A DNA stretch of 64,000 bases from Bdellovibrionota bacterium (lineage in GTDB: Bacteria > Bdellovibrionota_C > UBA2361 > OMII01), in the NCBI GenBank assembly GCA_044351885.1, contig JBILEW010000004.1, positions 10,155 to 74,154 on the forward strand, in the 5' to 3' direction. This document shows, piece by piece, positions 1 to 7,700 of the stretch. A program made the position numbers and the translations under genes. The notes beneath the pieces were generated by a model. The model searched no databases and was not told where the DNA came from. It worked only from the letters and a program-made list of their open reading frames with translations. Within the stretch, counting starts at the first letter, position 1, and every line of letters begins with the position of its first letter.

Positions 1-88
1 AACGGGCGACGATCGCAATCAATCGGGGAAATACGAAGAGCAGCTCGCATTTCCTCATAGCACTGCGCCCGACGATCTTTCAGGGGCT

Positions 89-1834
89 TTGAAGCGATTA
101 CAGGAGCTCGACACTCTTGACCGTAGGACACATCGCGTCTCTCTTGAGCGTATCGTACTAGCTATCAGGGCGCTCGATGAAGCGGAGACCCAGTATCGCC
201 TTTCTGAAAGGCCCGATGAAAAAGGTAGAGAAGAGCCACAGGTCGTCCTCGAGGCGCTCTGTGAGACGTCTCAAAAGATACTCTCGGATCTGAAGGCCCG
301 TAAAAAGGATGTGCCGACTGACCAGATTCAGCTCAGCGCTGTTCTCGGAGATAAGCTTGCCGCGATTTGGGCGCAGTATTTCGTGGCCACGGATGCAGAG
401 CCTGAGGTGTTGTCCATAGCGAAGAACCTCTACGCCATTTTCGGCCTGGGCAAACTCCAGAACATCGACGATCTACCGCAACACATCAAGGAAGCCTCGC
501 ACCTGAGTTCGCTCGCGCGCTTTGGTCTGTGGGGAGTGTCGCAGTCCTACTTCGGCATGCTGGCGGAGGATACGCAACTTGAAAATCACCGCCAGCGCGT
601 GTCGATGTATGCGTTCAATCAAGCAGATGCAGCGCGACAACTAGCCGAAGCCCCTCCGCAGGAACTGGTCCTGTTGAAAGGTGGTAGTAACCCGGATAAG
701 GCTCAGGAGGCGTTCCAGGTTGCTTCGGAGCTCTTGATGAAAAGCGTTCGAAGTGCGACTGCAGAGGCTCTCGATCAAGGAATTATTCTGCGCGCGCAGA
801 AGGTGTCGGAGTTCGTTATCCCTTTCATCGAACGACTCAATGTCTCGCAGATTCGCTCCTGGATGACCGATTATTCCATGACCTGTAGACAGGCTCAGGA
901 GTTGGACGAGTTCGAACTCGCACAGCAAATGTGGAAACGGCTAGAAGAATTGGCTCACACCGCTGGTGATTCGGTAGCTGTTGATGCGTTACGTTTTACA
1001 GCGGGGCGTATCAAGAATGATATGAGCTTGAAGGATTTAGTGAGTGCTGGTCAGGCTGTAGAGACCTTCCGAGCTAGATTCGACAAACTGAAGCCGCAGA
1101 CGAAGCAAGAGATAGCTTACGAGGCTATGATTGTGGGACAGGCAGCTATCTCTTTGCTGTTAAAAGAAGCAGAAGACACCCCGTATTACGAGCACGCGGG
1201 GTCTTTGCTGGCTGAGGCCCACAAGGAGATGGATGCTCTGACTTCTTTAGCCGAAGTCGATCCATCGATCGGTTCCTTCATCCTCGTAGAGAGTGCGATC
1301 GACATTGCGGTAACCTATCTCGAGCGAGACGACATCGAGCAGTCCCATGACCGGGCTGTGGAGCTGTGGAAGCGGGCGCGCGCGATCCTGGATGATATGG
1401 ACGAGCGCAGTATCGACGGGGTTTTGTACTCGCGCATCAGCTGTCGAATACTGCTGGCAGAGGTTGGTGCCTTCTTCGATGATCGCGACATTCATGCATC
1501 GCAGATTGAAGCTCTTAGAAGTCTTTGGGCGCCGTTGAGGACGAAGCTCGAGTTAGAAGACCTTCAGGATTATGAGCGCAGGAGTTATGAATTTGCTCAG
1601 ATTAATCTGCTCAGAACCCTCGCTGCTGTCGAATGCTCGTTGGATCAGGAAGCTTCGAGGGGCGGAGTCACAACGATCATGCATGCGTTGTCGCTGTACC
1701 AAAAGTACTCGGTGAGCGATGCAGATAGTTCTCTCCTCCGTACTCTCTACGAGGTTGCGATTCGCGTGCACGAGGAAAACAACCTGTTTAGCGAAGCGAC
1801 CCAGTTTCAGCAGAAGCTCGAGCGACTGGGATAG
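89..1834 (+). CDS. hypothetical protein, 581 aa, predicted all-helical
   Basis: Long uninterrupted ORF with a TTG start. Only short antisense shadow ORFs overlap it. Leu/Ala/Glu-rich helical composition, with no motif I can name. Confidence 0.5.
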   Translation: MKRLQELDTLDRRTHRVSLERIVLAIRALDEAETQYRLSERPDEKGREEPQVVLEALCETSQKILSDLKARKKDVPTDQIQLSAVLGDKLAAIWAQYFVATDAEPEVLSIAKNLYAIFGLGKLQNIDDLPQHIKEASHLSSLARFGLWGVSQSYFGMLAEDTQLENHRQRVSMYAFNQADAARQLAEAPPQELVLLKGGSNPDKAQEAFQVASELLMKSVRSATAEALDQGIILRAQKVSEFVIPFIERLNVSQIRSWMTDYSMTCRQAQELDEFELAQQMWKRLEELAHTAGDSVAVDALRFTAGRIKNDMSLKDLVSAGQAVETFRARFDKLKPQTKQEIAYEAMIVGQAAISLLLKEAEDTPYYEHAGSLLAEAHKEMDALTSLAEVDPSIGSFILVESAIDIAVTYLERDDIEQSHDRAVELWKRARAILDDMDERSIDGVLYSRISCRILLAEVGAFFDDRDIHASQIEALRSLWAPLRTKLELEDLQDYERRSYEFAQINLLRTLAAVECSLDQEASRGGVTTIMHALSLYQKYSVSDADSSLLRTLYEVAIRVHEENNLFSEATQFQQKLERLG

Positions 1835-1894
1835 AAACATCCACGCGGCATTATGGTAGCGGTCTGCGTTCCCCAAACCAAATCGGAGTGCATT

Positions 1895-2027
1895 GGGAGG
1901 GCGACCGTGTCGGTCGCCGTTCGTTTGCATTATCGGCATACGTTATCGATGGGGCGATTGCGTTGTTAGAGAAGATAGAGCAGGTCGTGCGTTCGAGCGC
2001 ACGGCGACCAACACGGTCGCCCTCCCC
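1895..2027. repeat. inverted pair of REP-like GC-rich hairpin elements
   Basis: GGGAGGGCGACCGTGTCGGTCGCC lies at 1895-1918. Its reverse complement, with one loop substitution, lies at 2003-2027. The core GGCGACC-GTGTC-GGTCGCC is itself a 7-bp stem-loop. A third copy lies at 7657-7679. The pair sits between a stop codon (1834) and the next gene start. Confidence 0.8.
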
Positions 2028-2057
2028 ACGGGGCGAACAATGTGCGACTATCGGGGA

Positions 2058-3167
2058 ATGTCTGGGTCTACTCTCCGTACAAGTCGTAATGTCCAAAAGG
2101 TCGCGGCTGCCTTGTTTGAAGGAGCCGCTGATCAGGAGCGATTTCTCGATGCACTGACACGAGGAGATGGCAAGATCACTGCTGTAGCGTGGTTGCGCGG
2201 AGATCCTTTACCGGGGCTCTTCCGCACGGGAGAGCGTCCGGAATGGTTGCCGACCTGGATAGACGTTGCGGCTGAAGGGGAGCGACCAGGAGGCCTCGAA
2301 GCTCATCATGAGGGACAGTTCTACTGTCTGGATCTCTCGTCTGCATTCGCATGCGCGACTCTCTCTGAGATACGAACACCGGTATCGATCATCGTAGACG
2401 TGTGTGCTGCTCCGGGGGGAAAGGGGATCGTTGCCCGACGATACCTCTCTCCCACAATGGTGGTAGGCAACGAGGTCATCCGGAAGAGGACTGCGCAGCT
2501 CATCTCTAATTATAAGCGGTGTGCTGTCGATCCCGCGCTGGTTACGTCGTGCGATCCAGCTATTCTTGGCGAGGCGATCCCTGGTAGCGCCAGCCTTGTA
2601 ATCGTTGACGCGCCGTGCTCAGGGCAGTCGCTCGTCTTGAAGGATCACGAGGCGCCTGGCGCATTTCATCCGGCTACGATCTCGATGAACGAACGTCGAC
2701 AGCGGAGGATTTTGGCGCACGCATCGGCGGTCGTGGCGCCTGGAGGTTATCTACTTTATTCGACCTGCACCTTTTCCCGAGAGGAAAACGAAGAGAATCT
2801 GTGCTGGTTCCTCAATAAGTTTCCAGAGTTCTCTGCTATCTCAGTTGCGTCTCTACGTGAGCATCAATCACATTTGAGTGCGGTTTCGTGTTACCGACTG
2901 TGGCCATATCAAGGACAAGGTGCCGGCGCATTCTGCGCCTTACTTCAAAAGGCAGAAACATCAGCACCCGGAGTGATGCTCTGTCCAGAAAACTTCGATC
3001 AGTATTTGCATGCGATATGGCGCTCTCCGACGCTTTTTGCGTTAGTCCCACCCCGGTCGGTAGGGCGCGAGCCCCAGGATCGTCGGCAACCTCTCACTCG
3101 GAAGGGGAAAAGGGGGCAGAAAGGGCGTTGGCGGAACGCGCAGCGCCGCTCGTCCGATGACGAGTAG
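2058..3167 (+). CDS. NOL1/NOP2/Sun (RsmB/RsmF-like) SAM-dependent RNA m5C methyltransferase
   Basis: Motifs VDVCAAPGGKG (SAM motif I), IVDAPCSGQS (motif IV Cys) and LLYSTCTFSREENEE (motif VI Cys). I moved the start to ATG 2058 (2040 is also possible), because the track start at 1893 would translate through the REP elements. Confidence 0.85.
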   Translation: MSGSTLRTSRNVQKVAAALFEGAADQERFLDALTRGDGKITAVAWLRGDPLPGLFRTGERPEWLPTWIDVAAEGERPGGLEAHHEGQFYCLDLSSAFACATLSEIRTPVSIIVDVCAAPGGKGIVARRYLSPTMVVGNEVIRKRTAQLISNYKRCAVDPALVTSCDPAILGEAIPGSASLVIVDAPCSGQSLVLKDHEAPGAFHPATISMNERRQRRILAHASAVVAPGGYLLYSTCTFSREENEENLCWFLNKFPEFSAISVASLREHQSHLSAVSCYRLWPYQGQGAGAFCALLQKAETSAPGVMLCPENFDQYLHAIWRSPTLFALVPPRSVGREPQDRRQPLTRKGKRGQKGRWRNAQRRSSDDE

Positions 3168-3878
3168 CGAGAGGGGCCCAGCTACGTGTCCGACCTCGAT
3201 ATCGCCGCGGCTCGACAGGATCGTTACACGAACGGGAGATCGGCCAATTGCACGTATGCTTTCGATTCGAGCAGTGCCGCCCACGACCACTGCCAGGTCG
3301 CTCGACGTGGTGATCTCCTCTCGTATAGTCAGATAACCTGGTGACACAATCGTCGCTAGTGAGTGCTCCTCGTTCCTCTCAATGAGAGCCGAATCAAAGA
3401 CTAGATTATCGATAACTGTTACGCTCGTAGTCAGTGTCGTTTTCAGTGTGCAGGTGAAGGGTGATACGGGGGCGGTAAAACGGCTGTTTTCGCCAGCTTC
3501 TCGCGATCCGTCGCATGGCTTCGAACCGGACAACAGGAGGTCGAAGTCAGGAAGGGGTATAGAGATGGACACAGAAGGAATGGTCTCGAAGGATGGATCG
3601 TTCTCTGAACACACCCACCATGCGCCAGTAAGTCCCTTAGCGGCGGCGCTCTGTACTGAACATCCTCGCGGTAATGCATAACTGGGAACAAGCTGTCCGC
3701 GTAGTGCCTCAAGCAAGGCTGAGGTCGTGACGCCATCGTGGTACAGTTGACCAAGAGATGCGGTGCGCGCCGTTAAAAGCCCACTCAACGCTGCGAGAAA
3801 GACGATGCTCGCGACGACCATCGGGAATACCCACCCTTTTTCGTCGGATGGGTGGCTCATAGCAGGATCTCGTTCCAC
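3042..3878 (-). CDS. minor pseudopilin, GspK/PilX-like
   Basis: Hydrophobic N-terminal segment KGWVFPMVVASIVFLAALSGLL with no Glu at +5. It is the last gene in a four-gene pseudopilin row. Its start overlaps the upstream gene. Confidence 0.5.
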   Translation of the reverse strand: MERDPAMSHPSDEKGWVFPMVVASIVFLAALSGLLTARTASLGQLYHDGVTTSALLEALRGQLVPSYALPRGCSVQSAAAKGLTGAWWVCSENDPSFETIPSVSISIPLPDFDLLLSGSKPCDGSREAGENSRFTAPVSPFTCTLKTTLTTSVTVIDNLVFDSALIERNEEHSLATIVSPGYLTIREEITTSSDLAVVVGGTARIESIRAIGRSPVRVTILSSRGDIEVGHVAGPLSLLVIGRAALRVPPTPFLPPFPLPSERLPTILGLAPYRPGWD

Positions 3879-4687
3879 AGTGCTCTTCGAGTGGTAGCAA
3901 TCACAGCGGTAGTAGTCGATGCTGGTCCACCGATAGGTTTTATAGTCACAGAGAAGATCATCGCTCCGGAGGAATCATGCCGTGGCGTTATTCGAACGAA
4001 GGAGATCCCGCGCGAGATCGGTTGATTCTCTATGATCTGACCTCCGAGATGGGAGACGAGCCTCAACTGGCTCGTACGGTCTACGAAGACCGAGTATTCG
4101 CGCTCTATTGGTAGCAGGGTGTGAAAGCTACATGCCGGAGCTTTGTAGGTAGAAAAGATGCTGTTGAGGCGGTTGCCTCGTAGATCGATGCATCCCTGTG
4201 TTTCACGCGGGATATTGGCGGAAACATGCAAGAGACCGCTCGATCCGAGGATCAACAGGCTCTTCGTGTCCGATGGGACCAGTGGAGAAGGAAAGTCACA
4301 GGCTCGAAGTTCTACATGTGTGTCATTCAGGTGAGACGAGACGATCCTCCCTCGGTGAATCGGGGACGTTTCGACAACGGATAGGATATCGGACAGTTCT
4401 CGGGGGGCCGAAGTTCCTTTGAGTTTACTAAGGGGATGTTTCGTACCGACGAGGTCAGTTCCAGATACCACGCGCCATCCACCGTTGATGCGGTGGCGAT
4501 CGAGTGCTCGTAAAGCTGCGCTCAACGCAGCGTTGGTCTTTTGCCGGGCGATGGTGGCCTCGGTTGTACTCGAAAGAGCAGCATACAGGCGCGCGCCGGC
4601 CATGACACCGGTCGACGTGCAGGCGAGGGCTATAGCCCCGAGAGAAAGGGTAACGAGCATCTCTAGCAGGGAAGTTCCTCTCTCCAT
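3857..4687 (-). CDS. minor pseudopilin, GspJ/PilW-like (prepilin-type N-terminus)
   Basis: MERG/TSLLEMLVTLSLGAIAL matches the prepilin cleavage/methylation motif G-(T/S)xLxE. I moved the start to Met at 4687. Confidence 0.65.
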   Translation of the reverse strand: MERGTSLLEMLVTLSLGAIALACTSTGVMAGARLYAALSSTTEATIARQKTNAALSAALRALDRHRINGGWRVVSGTDLVGTKHPLSKLKGTSAPRELSDILSVVETSPIHRGRIVSSHLNDTHVELRACDFPSPLVPSDTKSLLILGSSGLLHVSANIPRETQGCIDLRGNRLNSIFSTYKAPACSFHTLLPIEREYSVFVDRTSQLRLVSHLGGQIIENQPISRGISFVRITPRHDSSGAMIFSVTIKPIGGPASTTTAVIATTRRALWNEILL

Positions 4688-4697
4688 GTCGACATCC

Positions 4698-4952
4698 TCA
4701 GCGTGCAATCGTTACTGAGGTGGTACCGATCTGACACGACACGTAAGTCTGCTGTGAAGAGCAGCTCGTCGTTTCGAAGCGCGCTCGATGCGTTTGCTCC
4801 AGTGAATCGAGGGTTCGTGCCGTTCTCACCAGATACGAAAATGTCATCGCGGCGCACGATGCTAGGATTCCGAGGCTGATAAGCACCTCTGGTAGCAGGC
4901 TTCCTAGCTCGTGCTGTGTTTCTCTCGAGGAGGGCAAAAGAAGAGCTAGCAT
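4698..4952 (-). CDS. small minor pseudopilin, GspI/PilV-like
   Basis: HELG/SLLPEVLISLGILA has Gly, then Glu at +5, then a hydrophobic helix. The ORF is 84 aa. It overlaps the upstream gene by 7 nt. Confidence 0.5.
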   Translation of the reverse strand: MLALLLPSSRETQHELGSLLPEVLISLGILASCAAMTFSYLVRTARTLDSLEQTHRARFETTSCSSQQTYVSCQIGTTSVTIAR

Positions 4953-5359
4953 GTTGTGCGGATCCTTCCCCGGAGTGAAACCGTTACCGTACAGCTCGTC
5001 GAGCCTGATCGAATTGTGATCGTTGCAGGAGATGCGGCATGAGACGGGTAAAAGCGTAGTGTGCCATCGAGGTGGCGGGGTAGTTCGAGTCTCACTGCAC
5101 GTGCGGTTCGGTACGACATAATCGTTTGTGTTCCTTTAGAAATAGATACGCGATCTCCCTCTACCGAAATGCGGGTGGCACAGTCACTCATGAGCGCAAG
5201 GGCGTAGCTCCGCTCGAGCACGAGCCGTAAACGGTCGGATTCGAGTCGAAGGGCGAGTGAAGTGCGCATGGAGTGAGCACCTGTTATCACTCCTCCGACG
5301 ATGACGGCTGTGATGACGAGCACCGCCATCGTTTCTAGTAAGGAAGCGCCCCTGTTCAT
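4946..5359 (-). CDS. minor pseudopilin, GspH/FimT-like
   Basis: MNRG/ASLLETMAVLVITAVIVGG is a classical prepilin leader followed by a cleavage/methylation domain. Confidence 0.7.
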   Translation of the reverse strand: MNRGASLLETMAVLVITAVIVGGVITGAHSMRTSLALRLESDRLRLVLERSYALALMSDCATRISVEGDRVSISKGTQTIMSYRTARAVRLELPRHLDGTLRFYPSHAASPATITIRSGSTSCTVTVSLRGRIRTTC

Positions 5360-5465
5360 GGAGGTATATTCGGGTATTGAGCCGAGAAGTTGCGTGATCG
5401 ACCGCGCGTGTCGAAATGTCGTGCTTTTACGCGCTAAATATGGCCGTCGACTGGCTGCTTTGAGG

Positions 5466-6293
5466 TCAGGACAGCAACGTCTTGATCACGTTTACGTTCA
5501 AATTATACGTTTGAGCTTGGAGAGCTGTCCCCGTTTGAGCCCTAATCATGAGGGCAGTCGCTTGTGCGATCTCCTCGGCGTAGTCTGCATCCTCGATGCG
5601 AGAGAGCGCCTCCTGATCCGCTTGTCGCTTGGCGCTCAGAGAGCTATCGATAGAGTCGAGTCTAGCTTGAGCAGCTCCGAGAGATGAGCTGCGCTGACTC
5701 GAGAGCGTATCCGAGAAGGTTTGGGCTGCGTCCAGAGCTGCTTGAGCGCCAGCTTGGGTACTGATGTCCTGTGATGCGAGCGAGGATGCCATCTCTTTGA
5801 TGTTCAGGCCGCCCACATTCAGATTGGAGTTCGACGAATTGTCGACTCCCACCTGAATCGAAAGCGATGTGCCATCTAGAAGATTAGTGCCGTTGAACTG
5901 GGTTGTTTCGGCGATACGTTGGATCTCCTGAACCGTAGAGCTGTACTCAGCTTGCAAGGCTGACCTGTCGCTGTCAGAGAGTGTGCCGTTCGCAGATTGC
6001 GTGGCGAGCTCCTGGAGGCGAATGTTGAGACTTTGCACCTGTTCTGCCGCACCGTCTGCTATTGATACAGCTGAGAGAGCATCCCCGACGTTTCGAGAAG
6101 CTTGTCCTACCTGTACGATGACGCTCTCGAGAGCGCTTGCGATAGCTTGGCCGGCTGGGTCAGAGGAAGCTTTGTTGAGACGCGAGCCAGTCGAAAGTCG
6201 GGAGAAAGACTCTGAGAGTTTGTTGAGGGTCTGATTAAGGGTGCTGTCGTTGCCACCCAGGAGAGAGGAGAAGCTGAAACTTGAACTTGCCAT
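5466..6293 (-). CDS. flagellin (short, D0/D1-only, 275 aa)
   Basis: N-terminal RLSTGSRLNKASSDPAGQAIASAL and NGTNLLDG match flagellin N-domain signatures. C-terminal LSRIEDADYAEEIAQATALMIRAQTGTALQAQ matches the flagellin C-domain. A GGAGG sequence lies 8 nt upstream of the ATG. Confidence 0.85.
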   Translation of the reverse strand: MASSSFSFSSLLGGNDSTLNQTLNKLSESFSRLSTGSRLNKASSDPAGQAIASALESVIVQVGQASRNVGDALSAVSIADGAAEQVQSLNIRLQELATQSANGTLSDSDRSALQAEYSSTVQEIQRIAETTQFNGTNLLDGTSLSIQVGVDNSSNSNLNVGGLNIKEMASSLASQDISTQAGAQAALDAAQTFSDTLSSQRSSSLGAAQARLDSIDSSLSAKRQADQEALSRIEDADYAEEIAQATALMIRAQTGTALQAQTYNLNVNVIKTLLS

Positions 6294-6367
6294 GCGAGAA
6301 CCTCCGATGGCCGGACTTCCGGTCTGTGCCTACAATTTGCTAGGCAGATTGTTTCCTTACGCTCTTA

Positions 6368-6394
6368 AGGTCGGCGCTCGATACGAAAGGTTTA
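6368..6394 (-). promoter_or_regulatory. sigma-28 (FliA)-like promoter upstream of flagellin
   Basis: The minus strand reads TAAA-N15-GCCGACCT, against the consensus TAAA-N15-GCCGATAA. The spacer is correct and the site lies about 75 nt upstream of the flagellin ATG. Confidence 0.55.
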
Positions 6395-6434
6395 TGTTCT
6401 GAAGCGAAAAGTGCGCGGAGACCGGCTAAAATAG

Positions 6435-6782
6435 CTAACGCATTGAAGCGTTTGTGGTTTTACACCCGCCACGAATGCGATTTACGTGGATATCTATCAA
6501 TTTTACCACGATTCCATCGCCCGTCAGGGTCGGACAGGAAACAGAGTAGTATCTCGTGAATTTCTCATAGCGCCGCTCGACCGAGAACGAACGGGTTCCC
6601 TTGGGTAATATTAATGCCTGCCCTGGCTTCAAAGATGCCGATGCGCCGCCGCCCGATACGGAGATTACGTTGTACTCACGGTCACGTGAGTCGTTCTTGA
6701 CCTTAATCTGTCCTGGCGGAGCGGTATCCCTGCTGCAGCCAGCTACGAGGATTACGAGTAAACAAAGAAACAGCGCTCGCAT
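6435..6782 (-). CDS. small lipoprotein, function unknown
   Basis: Signal peptide with lipobox: MRALFLCLLVILVAGC. Confidence 0.6.
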   Translation of the reverse strand: MRALFLCLLVILVAGCSRDTAPPGQIKVKNDSRDREYNVISVSGGGASASLKPGQALILPKGTRSFSVERRYEKFTRYYSVSCPTLTGDGIVVKLIDIHVNRIRGGCKTTNASMR

Positions 6783-6854
6783 CGTTAGAGTGTATGACGT
6801 GGCGTGTATGCAGGGAAGAGATCAAAAAGATGACCGCTTGAACAGCGGAGAAAA

Positions 6855-7036
6855 TTGGACCGCGGAGCTTCTGCTCCGCCTGCTAATAATATTGCGATTC
6901 CAACGGTAAGCGGACTAGAAAGTCCGCGGTCCAGTTGGTGGCCTTACTGGTCTTTGGACCGCGGAGCTTCTGCTCCGCCTGCTGATAGTATTGCGATTCC
7001 AACGGTAAGCGGACTAGAAAGTCCGCGGTCCAGTTG
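6855..7036. repeat. tandem duplication (2 x 83 nt, 99-nt period) of a highly structured element
   Basis: The copies at 6855-6937 and 6954-7036 differ at 2 nt. Each copy has a closing stem TGGACC/GGTCCA and two perfect 7-bp hairpins, GCGGAGC-TTCT-GCTCCGC and GCGGACT-AGAA-AGTCCGC, joined by a 30-nt linker. Confidence 0.9.
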
Positions 7037-7042
7037 CGATCT

Positions 7043-7465
7043 TTAGCTGGCTTCTTCGCCCAGTCCGAGCAGCATCCTGAAGCGGTTGCGCAGATAAACC
7101 TCCATGCCGCTCACCGATCCATCCATGTGGATGAGTTTGTCGATGAGCTGCATAACTGCCCGTTTCGTGATCGGGTCGAGGGTGTCTTTGAGCATGGATG
7201 CTTCGGTGGAGCTGCTGCGCATGTTGCGAAGGTAGTTTTGTGCTTCAGCTAAGGATGCGGAAGCTTGCTCGTCCGAGATCTCGAACAGCTCCTTCAGCCC
7301 ATGATGGATAACGCTACGTTCGGAACGATCCACGACCTGATCAGACGCTGCGATCTCCAGAAGCACGATAGCCGTTGCTAGAGTGACGTTCTCGCCGTGG
7401 CGAATGTTTCCGTATTCTTTCAGCTCCTTGAGCTGGTCCAAGAGGTTGCTCGGTTGTTGTGACAT
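7043..7465 (-). CDS. TerB-family (tellurite-resistance TerB-like) protein
   Basis: 140 aa. The pattern LATAIVLLEIAASDQVVDRSER...ISDEQA...LIDKLIHMDGSVSGMEVYL fits the two-repeat TerB fold signature. Confidence 0.55.
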   Translation of the reverse strand: MSQQPSNLLDQLKELKEYGNIRHGENVTLATAIVLLEIAASDQVVDRSERSVIHHGLKELFEISDEQASASLAEAQNYLRNMRSSSTEASMLKDTLDPITKRAVMQLIDKLIHMDGSVSGMEVYLRNRFRMLLGLGEEAS

Positions 7466-7656
7466 GGGTCCTCACGTGATCGAGTGTTGTCGCAAAGGGG
7501 TCGACGATGCTCCCGTACCGAGCCCTTTATCAGCAGAGACTCTGTAGATCCTGGAAGATATGCGCTAACCGCCCGACAGGGTTATGCGGATTTGATGGGA
7601 CGATGTGCTGTTAGGAGTTGTAAGCCTCGAATTCGGAACAAAAATATGTCTAGCGA

Positions 7657-7679
7657 GGGAGGGCGACCGTGTCGGTCGC
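7657..7679. repeat. third copy of the REP-like hairpin element
   Basis: GGGAGGGCGACCGTGTCGGTCGC is identical to 1895-1917. It lies 22 nt downstream of the stop of the minus-strand gene 7701-8549. Confidence 0.8.
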
Positions 7680-7700
7680 TCTACCAAATGCCTTGCTTCC

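Noticed and set aside
1-60. Possible 3' end of an upstream plus-strand gene (the frame is open to TAG at 58-60).
   Set aside because: Only 19 codons are visible, so coding status and product cannot be assessed.
1893-2057. N-terminal 55-aa extension of the methyltransferase ORF given in the track.
   Set aside because: It would translate through both REP-like hairpins, and the peptide has no resemblance to RsmB/F N-termini. Internal ATGs at 2040 and 2058 are more plausible starts.
6855-7036. Possible mini-CRISPR array or tRNA-like genes (units of about 77-83 nt with a terminal helix).
   Set aside because: There are only two repeats, the spacer is 16 nt and there are no cas genes. The fold has two 7-bp tetraloop hairpins abutting the closing stem, with no D, anticodon or T-arm geometry and no GTTC-type T-loop.
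6855-7046. 63-aa plus-strand ORF (MDRGASAPPANNIAIPTVSGLESPRSS...) with an internal peptide repeat.
   Set aside because: It is simply the translation of the tandem structured DNA repeat. The strong base-pairing symmetry explains the sequence better than coding does.
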